Shown in pieces: positions 1 to 8,462 of a DNA stretch of 64,000 nucleotides. The notes beneath the pieces are model-generated. The model made no database searches. It saw only the letters and a program-made list of their open reading frames with translations, and was not told where the DNA came from. The DNA is from Dehalococcoidia bacterium (GTDB lineage: Bacteria > Chloroflexota > Dehalococcoidia > SZUA-161 > SpSt-899). Position 1 is the first letter of the stretch, and each line of letters opens with the position of its first letter. The stretch lies in assembly GCA_048539495.1 (NCBI GenBank), contig JBLYPS010000008.1, forward strand, positions 837-64,836. The letters run 5' to 3'. Both the position numbers and the translations under genes were made by a program.

Positions 1-90
1 ATCGGGTGGTGCGTCATTGTGTGGCCCCCGTCTTGGTGGTTTCTCCGACTGCCTGTCGATAGTGCTGGGCAAAAATGATTTAGAGTTTGG

Positions 91-609
91 TTGTACAAAT
101 TCGCAAGGGGAGGGGGTCTACCGATGTCCATTTCTTTTTCGGGCAGCGAGCTTGTCAATATCGCCATCGGTATCGAGAGGAGGGGAATCGCCTTCTATGA
201 CGTCATGGCAAAGTCAACCAAGAATGCCGTCGCTGGTGACGCCTTTCGATATCTGGGGGATATGGAACGACAGCATGTTAAGATTTTCCAGAACATGCTT
301 GCTGAAGCCGATAAGTACCAACCTTCAGAGACCTATCCCGGTGAATATGCGGCTTATCTTGAAGCACTGGTCAGCAGCGCTGTCTTCACTGATGAAATGC
401 TCGCCAGCGAAATGGCGACCCAGTCGGATAGTGATATCAAGGCACTGCAACTGGCCATCGCTGCCGAGAAGGATTCCATACTGTTTTACTATGAGATGAG
501 AGACATAATGTCTCCGCGAGCGCAGCCGGCAGTAAACCGGATAATAGCCGAGGAGAAGTTGCACCTCAGACAACTCTCCGAAACTAAGAAGAGACTGGAT
601 ACCCTTTGA
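91..609 (+). CDS. ferritin-like / rubrerythrin-family diiron domain protein
   Basis: Two halves each carry an E...ExxH pattern (ERRGIAFYD...MERQHVKIF and AAEKDSILFYYE...EEKLHLRQL), typical of a four-helix diiron site. The start may instead be the internal Met at about 124. Confidence 0.5.
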   Translation: MYKFARGGGLPMSISFSGSELVNIAIGIERRGIAFYDVMAKSTKNAVAGDAFRYLGDMERQHVKIFQNMLAEADKYQPSETYPGEYAAYLEALVSSAVFTDEMLASEMATQSDSDIKALQLAIAAEKDSILFYYEMRDIMSPRAQPAVNRIIAEEKLHLRQLSETKKRLDTL

Positions 610-738
610 TAGCGCAGGCACTATTCCCTGAGAGCCGTCTTGATCTGGCCCAATTCTTGGGGGAAGGTCCAACAGTTGTCGTCAGTATTATAGCTCAAAA
701 GGTACGACACTTCGTAGGAGGATTCTATTCCTAATCGC

Positions 739-2775
739 TTGGTGAGAGAAACAAGCCCCTATCTATTGCAGCACGCCGACAATCCAGTGGACTGGTATCC
801 GTGGGGCCCGGAAGCTCTCGATCGTGCCCGGGACGATGATAAGCCGATACTGCTGAGTGTTGGTTACTCGGCATGTCATTGGTGCCACGTTATGGCACAC
901 GAGTGTTTTGAGAATGATGAAATTGCCTCTCTAATGAACGAGACTTTTGTGAATATCAAGGTAGATAGAGAAGAGCGCCCTGACATTGATGCTATCTATA
1001 TGGAAGCGGTGCAGGCCATGACCGGCAGTGGGGGATGGCCACTAACCGCCTTCTTGACCCCGGAGGGGAAGCCGTTCTTCGGTGGCACCTATTTCCCTCC
1101 CGGAGATAGACAGGGCATTCCTGGCTTTCCTCGAGTCCTTAGGGCCGTTGCTGACGCCTACCATCACCGTCGCACTGATGTTGAGCAGACCGCCAGGCAA
1201 CTGTTAACGGCGCTGTCCGCAGAGACCCGTAGCCATGCCGTTTCCGAACCGCTGGCGGTGAATATTCTTGGGGAAGCCTATTTGGTTCTTCAGAGCAGCC
1301 TGGACCGGGAAAACGGCGGGTTCGGCACCGCTCCCAAGTTTCCCCAGCCAATGGTGCTTGAATTTCTCCTGAGATATTTCCACCGCAATCAGGAAAAGGC
1401 CGCTCTGGAGATGGTGGAGCTAACCCTGGAGAAGATGGCCAGAGGCGGCATCTATGATCAGGTAGGTGGCGGATTCCATCGCTACGCTACTGATGCTCAC
1501 TGGCTGGTCCCACACTTTGAGAAGATGCTCTACGACAACGCACTGCTCAGCCAGGTGTATCTGCATGCCTACCTGCTCACCGGGAAGCAGTTATATCGGT
1601 CTATAGCTGAGGAAACCCTGGACTATGTTCTCCGGGAGATGACCGACCCGCAGGGTGGCTTCTATAGCAGTCAGGATGCCGATAGCGAAGGCGTTGAGGG
1701 TAAGTATTACCTGTGGACCACTCAGGAGATTACCACGGCAATCGGTGAGAGACACAGCCCGCTAATCAATGACTACTTCGGGATTACCGCCGCGGGCAAT
1801 CTTGATGGGCTGAACATTCTGCACGTAGCCGACGACCAGCAACCGGGAATATCAAGCATCATTGAAAAAGCTAAAGCGTCCTTGCTGAAAAGGCGGGAGC
1901 TGAGGGTCAAGCCCGGCCGAGATGAAAAGATGTTAGCTTCCTGGAACGGGCTCATGTTGGCCAGTATGGCTGAAGCGGCTTGTGTCTTTTCCCGTCAGGA
2001 TTACTTCGCCGCTGCGGTAGCCAATGGCTCGTTCTTGCTCAATTCAATGATCAGGGATGGGCAGCTCAAACACACCTATAAGGATGGTAAGTCCAGGATA
2101 GATGGCTACCTCGAGGACTATGCCTTGGTTATCCATGGACTCCTGGCCCTGCATCAGGCAACCTTCACCGGAGAATGGCTCAGGAAAGCCGTCAGACTGG
2201 CTGAGGTTATGATTGAGAACTTCTGGGATGAGCCTACCGGCGCATTGTATGACACCGGCCCGAGGCATCAGGAGCTATTTATCCGCCCCCGCATCAAGTT
2301 TGATGGGGCATTGCCATCAGGTGCTTCAGCCGCTACCCTCGCCCTGCTCAAACTGGCCATCTTGACCGGCAATGAGGGATTCCAACGGACGGCCACCAGT
2401 TCGCTTCGGTCAATGCAACAACTCATGCGCCAGCATCCTCTGGGGTTCAGCAACTGGCTTTGCGCGCTGGACTTCTACCTCTCTACCCCGAAAGAAATCG
2501 CCATCATAGGCCATAGAGATAATCCCGCTACATCGGAGCTTGTGCACACTCTATACACCACATGGCTGCCGAACAAGGTAGTCGCCGCTTGTGATCCCGA
2601 TGACCCGACTCCGGTATCGGAGCTCAAACTGCTTCAGAACCGGGGTATGATCAGCAACCAACCCACAGTCTATATATGTGAGGGCTATACCTGCCAGGCA
2701 CCGGTTACCGACCCCGCCTCACTTGGTGCCCGGCTGCGGGGCGCCAGCCGCATCATTTCCTCGACCCATCAGTAA
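739..2775 (+). CDS. thioredoxin-domain protein, YyaL/DUF255 family (N-acylglucosamine 2-epimerase-like fold)
   Basis: The N-terminus YLLQHADNPVDWYPWGPEALDRARDDDKPILLSVGYSACHWCHVMAHECFEN is the hallmark of the DUF255/YyaL thioredoxin domain. The 678-aa length fits this family. Confidence 0.85.
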   Translation: MVRETSPYLLQHADNPVDWYPWGPEALDRARDDDKPILLSVGYSACHWCHVMAHECFENDEIASLMNETFVNIKVDREERPDIDAIYMEAVQAMTGSGGWPLTAFLTPEGKPFFGGTYFPPGDRQGIPGFPRVLRAVADAYHHRRTDVEQTARQLLTALSAETRSHAVSEPLAVNILGEAYLVLQSSLDRENGGFGTAPKFPQPMVLEFLLRYFHRNQEKAALEMVELTLEKMARGGIYDQVGGGFHRYATDAHWLVPHFEKMLYDNALLSQVYLHAYLLTGKQLYRSIAEETLDYVLREMTDPQGGFYSSQDADSEGVEGKYYLWTTQEITTAIGERHSPLINDYFGITAAGNLDGLNILHVADDQQPGISSIIEKAKASLLKRRELRVKPGRDEKMLASWNGLMLASMAEAACVFSRQDYFAAAVANGSFLLNSMIRDGQLKHTYKDGKSRIDGYLEDYALVIHGLLALHQATFTGEWLRKAVRLAEVMIENFWDEPTGALYDTGPRHQELFIRPRIKFDGALPSGASAATLALLKLAILTGNEGFQRTATSSLRSMQQLMRQHPLGFSNWLCALDFYLSTPKEIAIIGHRDNPATSELVHTLYTTWLPNKVVAACDPDDPTPVSELKLLQNRGMISNQPTVYICEGYTCQAPVTDPASLGARLRGASRIISSTHQ

Positions 2776-2789
2776 TTGAGGGGCCGGCA

Positions 2790-2972
2790 TTAATCACGGT
2801 TGTCTGGGGGAAGGAGATTCGGGATGGTATCCTTGATGGGATAGCGCTCTGAGCAGTTGGCGCAGTAGAGAGAGCCGCTAATCACCTCCTTATCATCCTC
2901 CTCCTCGACAGTGAGTTCGAGAGAGCTCTTGCACATCGGACAGGCTAGTATCTCCATGAGTTCCTTTTTCAT
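2790..2972 (-). CDS. Trm112 family protein
   Basis: MKKELMEILACPMCKSSLEL...LYCANC is the Trm112 zinc-ribbon signature. The ORF track extends 45 nt further upstream, but the internal Met fits the family's length. Confidence 0.75.
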   Translation of the reverse strand: MKKELMEILACPMCKSSLELTVEEEDDKEVISGSLYCANCSERYPIKDTIPNLLPPDNRD

Positions 2973-2989
2973 TGTATCACCTTCCATTA

Positions 2990-3215
2990 CTTTCGAGATA
3001 ACTCTTAACCCGAACAAGCCGGAACCAACAAGGCATATTGTCGTTTAAATTCGAAATCCGAAGCACGAAATACTAAACAAATCCCAAATCCCAATGTTCA
3101 AATGTTCAAAACTGCCTCATATTTGGAATTTTGCTATTTGGATTTGTTTAGTGCTTAGAAATTAGGATTTAGGATTTTCCATTTTGCGCAAGACTTTAGA
3201 TTTAAGGGACTACCC
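2990..3215. repeat. composite intergenic repeat (modules 'cccgaacaagccggaaccaa' and 'ttccattttgcgcaagact...agggacta') split by a nested ~147 bp MITE-like palindromic insert at 3031-3177
   Basis: Both modules recur contiguously at 4538-4610. The insert has inverted termini aaatcccaaatcc ... ggatttaggattt. Confidence 0.7.
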
Positions 3216-4526
3216 ATTCATCTCCACATTTACCGGGCAGACCCCACATCTTTGCTCCTGACAGAAGGTCTGGTAGAGATGAATCAATCCCTGCTGGCGT
3301 CGCGCCGAGTATAGCCCCTTTGGCTTCCCCGCACCCCAGAAAAGCTCGCTCAGGTACCGGGTTATCCGATTTTCGCCCAGCCGGGGATAGGCTCTATATA
3401 GCTCCACGACATGCTCACTGAGCTTCGGCTGTGAATCGGTCTCCGCCCAGGCGAGGGAAAATGGCAAAACCACATTCACCGTGATCTCCCGTGCCCGCCC
3501 TCGCCCGATGAGGTCGGGGATCAGAAAGCCGGACTCAATCACGGTTGCGCCTTTCCCCGGATTTGCCCGCCTTACGAGATCGAACACCCCCTTGAGCAAG
3601 CCTTGATCCAGATAGCGGTCGAAGAGATGTCCCGCTGCCAGGAGTCGCCGCGAGGGGAAATTCCTGGGATGTATCCGGAAGAAGTGCCAGTCGGCGTAGC
3701 TCATGGCGTTTTCGGCATTCAAGGAACACCAGATTGCCCCCAGCTCCGATGGCGGCTTCAAACCCCCAAATCTGGACTTCTCCCCGCATTGCGAAGGCAG
3801 CAATCCTGCCCCACCCAGAAGCAGAGCCTGGAGCGCAAGGCTTCTGTTCCCGAGCTCCTGTTCCGCCGCAATACTCGCCAAAACGCGGAGTGGCAGGCGG
3901 CGCGCTAGCTCCTGAAAGGACTTCTTATTCTTCGTATATCCGAGAGCCCCCATCACGCCCTGGTACAGGACCTCAGCCGGCTCATCGAGGATCAAACCCA
4001 CCTCAAAGAAAGCCGACTTCAAATAGAACCGCTCCTCACCACACCGATCCAGGATTTCGCCGATTCTTCCTTCTCCGTACTGACTCCCAACGCTGCGGCA
4101 GGGGGAAAGGAGATCCATCGCTCGGACGGAAAGCTCATCCATTGGGCCATTGAGGTAGTTGTGCAGCGGTAAGGTGGGGGCCAACTCCCCGTTTTCAAGT
4201 TGAGCGGGCTTCCTGGTATCGTCCCACAACACCACCTGGAGAATCACCCCGTTGAAATGCGGATCGAGGTGGTGGCCATGTGCCCTCCAGTCGCCCGACT
4301 TCACATGAAGTTCAACATCGCCCTGTAGTATCTCGTCATCGAGAATGATAATGGCTCCGAGAAAATCGGGGCCGCTATCCCTGTTCTCTATCCCGGGCGA
4401 GCGCACCCTCACCATCCGGCCATCACTCGTAGGAAGGGCGCCCTTCTGCACCCATTGACCCTTCCAGATTCTGGCCAGGAGGCTCTCGGGAACTACGGAT
4501 TTATTCTCTGGATTGATACCGGTCAC
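3210..4526 (-). CDS. DUF2851 family protein
   Basis: 438 aa. The N-terminal region (RIWKGQ...GRMVRVRSPGIENRDSGPDF...HVKSGDWRAHGHH) matches my recollection of the DUF2851 family pattern. Confidence 0.55.
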   Translation of the reverse strand: MTGINPENKSVVPESLLARIWKGQWVQKGALPTSDGRMVRVRSPGIENRDSGPDFLGAIIILDDEILQGDVELHVKSGDWRAHGHHLDPHFNGVILQVVLWDDTRKPAQLENGELAPTLPLHNYLNGPMDELSVRAMDLLSPCRSVGSQYGEGRIGEILDRCGEERFYLKSAFFEVGLILDEPAEVLYQGVMGALGYTKNKKSFQELARRLPLRVLASIAAEQELGNRSLALQALLLGGAGLLPSQCGEKSRFGGLKPPSELGAIWCSLNAENAMSYADWHFFRIHPRNFPSRRLLAAGHLFDRYLDQGLLKGVFDLVRRANPGKGATVIESGFLIPDLIGRGRAREITVNVVLPFSLAWAETDSQPKLSEHVVELYRAYPRLGENRITRYLSELFWGAGKPKGLYSARRQQGLIHLYQTFCQEQRCGVCPVNVEMNG

Positions 4527-4534
4527 AACTCATA

Positions 4535-4720
4535 TCCCCCTAACCCGAACAAGCCGGAACCAAAAAGTTTTCCATTTTGCGCAAGACTTCACTTTTTAGG
4601 GACTAACCCGGACAAGAAAATTGCCTCAATTGCCTTGAATTCAAAGAGTGCCGCAAGAGTTCAAAAATTGCCAAGAGTTCAAAAACTGCCTTAATTCACT
4701 TCCAATGCTTCCTCAAATCA
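4535..4720. repeat. intergenic repeat copy (same modules as 2990-3215, uninterrupted, plus 'gttcaaaaa(c/t)tgcc' direct repeats)
   Basis: Direct sequence identity with 3000-3030 and 3176-3215. The 'caagagttcaaaaattgcc' motif is repeated. Confidence 0.7.
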
Positions 4721-4759
4721 GGGCAAATTTTGAAATCTTTGAAAATTAGGCAATTCGCT

Positions 4760-5971
4760 CTATCCCTCCCTGGCATAGCGAACGATCTCCCTGAGAGCCG
4801 GCCTCTTGCCATACATCAGCAAGAATACTCGAAAGACCCTGGCTACAAACCAGACCCCGGCAGCAATGGATCCCACCATGATGGTCAGACTCAGGGCCAA
4901 TTCCCAGAGGGGAATGGTGGTGTTGGGGAGGCGCATCATCACCGTCATAGGGGCGGTGAGGGGAATAAAGGTCAGTATTCTGGCGAGGAGCCCATCGGGG
5001 TGCATAAGGATTGCATCGGACAGCCACATCGGCACTAGCGCCGGCACGATGAAGACGCCCGTCCATTGCTCACTTTCGCTGGCCGTCGAGCCGATACAAC
5101 CCACACCGGCAGAGAGAACGGCGAACAGCAGATAACCGAGTATGAAGTAGAGCAACCCCAGGGCCAGCATGCTCGTGGGAATGGCAAGATCGCCCAGTAC
5201 GGGTATACGTATCACCCCCACATCGGCAAATATCCTGATGGTCACCAGCCACACCACCATCTGCAGCAGGCCGGCGGAGCCCAGCCCCAGTAGCTTCCCC
5301 AGGAACAACTGCCTGGCGGAAATGGAGGAAAGCAAGATCTCGATTACCCGGTTCTCCTTCTCCTCGGAGACGCTCTGCAGCATACGTCCGGAGTTGGAGA
5401 ATATCGAGATCATGAAGAGGAACCCAAAGATAAAGGGCACAATAAACGCTACCGCCGGATGCGGCACCTGGACGATCTGCCCGGTCTCGTCCAGTTGTAG
5501 GGAGACCAGCATTAGCGGCTCTTTTATTCGTTGAACCAGTTCCTCGCTGACCCTACCCGCCAGAAGGTTGCTCAACAGAAAATCGCTGATCTGCTTCCTG
5601 GTTACTGGTGAGGGCACGATCTCGCGCTCCATGGTGAATCTGACCACCTGTCCGGTAACCAGGTAATCCGGAGGGATAATGAAAAACTCGTCGATCTCCC
5701 CGGCCAGGAGGGCATCTCTGGCCTCAGTCTCGGTGGGGTAAAGGATAAAGGTGAGGCCGGGCTGTCCGGTGTAATTGGTGAAGATTCCAGTGTGGTCCAC
5801 ATAGCCAATCCTCTCTGGTAATTCCGGCTCTGGAAAGAGATCCACGACGAACTGATAACCGAGCATCCCGATGAGCGCTATCAGGGGGATAGCGGCAGTC
5901 AGGATAAGGAAGGACTTCCTTTTGATGGCCTGCCGGAACTCGTGCTTTAAGATGATGAGCGTCTTGTTCAT
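4760..5971 (-). CDS. ABC transporter permease (ABC-2 family)
   Basis: 403 aa with an N-terminal TM helix, a large periplasmic loop, and a C-terminal cluster of about 5 TM helices. Its start overlaps the stop of the upstream ATPase gene (5971). Confidence 0.75.
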   Translation of the reverse strand: MNKTLIILKHEFRQAIKRKSFLILTAAIPLIALIGMLGYQFVVDLFPEPELPERIGYVDHTGIFTNYTGQPGLTFILYPTETEARDALLAGEIDEFFIIPPDYLVTGQVVRFTMEREIVPSPVTRKQISDFLLSNLLAGRVSEELVQRIKEPLMLVSLQLDETGQIVQVPHPAVAFIVPFIFGFLFMISIFSNSGRMLQSVSEEKENRVIEILLSSISARQLFLGKLLGLGSAGLLQMVVWLVTIRIFADVGVIRIPVLGDLAIPTSMLALGLLYFILGYLLFAVLSAGVGCIGSTASESEQWTGVFIVPALVPMWLSDAILMHPDGLLARILTFIPLTAPMTVMMRLPNTTIPLWELALSLTIMVGSIAAGVWFVARVFRVFLLMYGKRPALREIVRYAREG

Positions 5972-7035
5972 TACTCCTCCTTCACTACCTGGATGAATAT
6001 CTCGTTGAGCGATGGGGTGGAAACCTCGAATCGGTCAACGGTGATGCCCCGGGCCAGAAGCTGGCTCAGTATCTCTTGCGAAGATATTTTCCCATCCAAG
6101 AACAGCTCCACGAACTTGCCGTGATTTTTCTTCCCCGTCACACCAACCAGTCCCTCGATGGAGCCATCGCATTCGAGGAAGATAGAGTTGTTTCTGAATC
6201 TCGACCTGATCTCAGACAATTCCCCATAGAGCACCGTCTTGCCCTTATTGATCATCAGGATGCGGTCGCAGAGCTCCTCCACCTCGTTCATCTGGTGGGT
6301 GCTGAGGATGATCGTTTTCCCGCGTTGGCGAAGCTCCCGGATCAATTCCTTAAGCATCTCCCTGTTCACCGGGTCGAGCCCGGCGAAGGGCTCGTCCAGT
6401 ATCACCAGATCGGGATTGTGGACGATGGTGGTGACGAATTGAATTAGCTGCCCCATTCCCCGGCTGAGCTGCTCTATCTTCTTGCCCTTATGCGGAAACA
6501 TGCCCACTCGGTGGAGCAGGTTGTCCGTGCCTGACTTTGCCGCGCCGGGGGTGAGGCTCTTGAGTCGAGCCAGATACCCCAGCGATTCGGTGACGGTGAG
6601 CTTGCGGTAGAGCCCCCTCTCCTCCGGCAGGTAGCCGATCCTGTCCTTGGTGCTTTCCCGGAAGGGTTCGCCGAGGATCTTCACCTCGCCGGAATCGGGC
6701 TTGATGATGTCCATGAGCATCCTGATGGTAGTCGTCTTACCGGCGCCGTTGGGCCCGACCATCCCGAATATCTCGCCGGACCTAACCTCGAAGGAGATGT
6801 CGTCCACTACTTCTTTTCTGCCGAAGGATTTATGCACTCCGGAGACCTCGACGGTTTTCGTTTCGAGCAGCATCTTGCTTGGGGATAAACGGGAATCCCA
6901 TTCCAGCGTGGCGGTGATCTCCCTCGAAGTGCTTTGACTTGATCGCTCAGCCCTGCCTCGTCTCCGGCGCTGAAGATACGTGCGCAGAGACAAGACCACC
7001 GCGATGACAACAACAGCGATTATTATCGTATCCAT
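5971..7035 (-). CDS. ABC transporter ATP-binding protein
   Basis: Walker A GPNGAGKTTTIRML, an LSRGMGQ signature-like motif, and Walker B ILDEP. The N-terminal 54 aa form a hydrophobic helix plus an R-rich stretch. The real start may be the internal Met at about 6873. Confidence 0.85.
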   Translation of the reverse strand: MDTIIIAVVVIAVVLSLRTYLQRRRRGRAERSSQSTSREITATLEWDSRLSPSKMLLETKTVEVSGVHKSFGRKEVVDDISFEVRSGEIFGMVGPNGAGKTTTIRMLMDIIKPDSGEVKILGEPFRESTKDRIGYLPEERGLYRKLTVTESLGYLARLKSLTPGAAKSGTDNLLHRVGMFPHKGKKIEQLSRGMGQLIQFVTTIVHNPDLVILDEPFAGLDPVNREMLKELIRELRQRGKTIILSTHQMNEVEELCDRILMINKGKTVLYGELSEIRSRFRNNSIFLECDGSIEGLVGVTGKKNHGKFVELFLDGKISSQEILSQLLARGITVDRFEVSTPSLNEIFIQVVKEE

Positions 7036-7164
7036 ACGCTTACTCCCTCTGGATCTCTATGGCGACGATCTTCTGTGAGCAGCATTCAGCAGTTCAAACG
7101 GGACTTTAAGTAGAAAGGACTTTATCCCTGATAGCTGAAAGGTGACGACTGAACGCTTACCTCA

Positions 7165-7220
7165 TATGATAGCATAGGTCAAGCTACTTTTCCCCTACTT
7201 AAGTTCGTGTCCGGACATGC
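7165..7220. repeat. ~50 bp intergenic repeat (copy 1) ending in a gtgtccggaca palindrome
   Basis: Near-identical to 8188-8238 (atagcatag(g/a)tcaa(g/c)ct(a/g)cttttcc(c/g)ctacttaagttcgtgtccggac). Confidence 0.75.
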
Positions 7221-7242
7221 CAAAGATATCTACCCAAATCGG

Positions 7243-7578
7243 TCACCAACCCAGCGCGCTCGGTCGATCTCCCCGGAGCTCTGAATAGGTACTGGTGGCC
7301 TCCATCGACAGAGGTGATCTGTATTGCCAGACGGCCAACCCCAGACAGGCACCCAGCACCGCCAGGATAATGATCGCTACCAGCCAGGGTTTATGGCGAC
7401 CGACGACCATATTAAGCCCAATGATGATAAGCAGCACCGGCCAGAATCGCCACAGCGTACCCCACAGCCCCCAGGGCAGCACATCGAAGTTCTGCAAAAG
7501 GAGCACCGCTCCCACAAAAACCAGAATAATGCCCCAGATGGAGACATAATGCTTCCGCGACGGTTTCCCCTCACCCAT
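7243..7578 (-). CDS. small integral membrane protein (about 4 TM)
   Basis: Hydrophobic segments throughout. Its start overlaps the stop of pspC (ATGA-type overlap), suggesting an operon. Confidence 0.5.
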   Translation of the reverse strand: MGEGKPSRKHYVSIWGIILVFVGAVLLLQNFDVLPWGLWGTLWRFWPVLLIIIGLNMVVGRHKPWLVAIIILAVLGACLGLAVWQYRSPLSMEATSTYSELRGDRPSALGW

Positions 7579-8128
7579 GTTGCCTCCTCCAGGTCGTCAC
7601 CAGGAGCAGCAGGCCAACAGCGACGAGGAAGAGTGGCCACAGTCTGTCCCAGCGGAACCACCAGAAAAAGTTAAAATTAGCTGCCAAGAAAAAGAGACCC
7701 ACCACGACGAGGATAATGGCAATGAAGTTGCGACGCCGCCGATGAATCCTGTCCCGCTCTTCAGCCTCCGCTTCCTCCTCGCTAAATGTGGAACGTATCT
7801 CCTCTCCGACTTCGGCAGCGGTCTTCCTCATCTCCTCCACCTCCTCCCCAAATGCGTCACGTATCTTCTTTCCAAGTTCGGCAGCGGTCTTCCTTATCTC
7901 CTCCACATTCTCCCGCACCGTCTCCTTGGGCTGCGCCGTCTTTGAACCCTCCAGCGGAACGACGATAGCCATGATGATGTAGGCCAGGATGCCTATCCCG
8001 TTGGCAAAAACCAGCAGAACCATTACCAGGCGGATCACTGTCGGATCCACACCCAGGTATCTGGCCAGCCCCCCGCACACCCCCCAGATCACCCGGTCGC
8101 TCCGACTGCGATAAAGCCTCCTCTCCAT
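7571..8128 (-). CDS. PspC domain-containing protein
   Basis: The N-terminal LYRSRSDRVIWGVCGGLARYLGVDPTVIRLVMVLL is the PspC domain. There is an internal duplicated acidic segment (EEIRKTAAELGKKIR / EEMRKTAAEVGEEIR) and a C-terminal TM helix. Confidence 0.8.
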   Translation of the reverse strand: MERRLYRSRSDRVIWGVCGGLARYLGVDPTVIRLVMVLLVFANGIGILAYIIMAIVVPLEGSKTAQPKETVRENVEEIRKTAAELGKKIRDAFGEEVEEMRKTAAEVGEEIRSTFSEEEAEAEERDRIHRRRRNFIAIILVVVGLFFLAANFNFFWWFRWDRLWPLFLVAVGLLLLVTTWRRQHG

Positions 8129-8187
8129 AATTCCCCCTTGTCGGTTAGATTAAGGGATAACCCCTATCTCCCATCCCCTAATAATAA

Positions 8188-8238
8188 TAGCATAGATCAA
8201 CCTGCTTTTCCGCTACTTAAGTTCGTGTCCGGACTGAG
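8188..8238. repeat. ~50 bp intergenic repeat (copy 2)
   Basis: See 7165-7220. Confidence 0.75.
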
Positions 8239-8382
8239 TCGTAGCGCGGGAGCTTGCCTCCCGCTTCCTCCAGCCGGGGATGAACCCTGGCTCCCAGCGG
8301 TCTCAATGACCAGGTGTACCGCAGAAAGTCAAGAGCCAAGACCCGACCCCTCCCATTGACTCGTCCTCTCCAAATGTCTAAA

Positions 8383-8455
8383 ATTGAGTAAGGGATAAGG
8401 GATAAGGATTAAGGGATAACCCCTAACCCCTATCTCCTAACCCTTACTCAGTAGA
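8383..8455. repeat. heptanucleotide-based palindromic element (gggataa units / ttatccc arms)
   Basis: taagggataagggataaggattaagggataacccctaacccctatctcctaaccc. A shorter relative sits at 8140-8175. Confidence 0.7.
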
Positions 8456-8462
8456 GATAGAG

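Noticed and set aside
3535-4153. Several 70-140 aa ORFs (3535-3789, 3603-3908, 3734-4153) overlapping the DUF2851 gene
   Set aside because: These are antisense or alternative-frame ORFs with Pro/Arg-rich low-complexity translations, i.e. overprinting noise.
4455-4694. 79-aa ORF spanning the intergenic repeat downstream of the DUF2851 gene
   Set aside because: It lies entirely within repeat modules shared with 2990-3215. It is non-coding repeat DNA.
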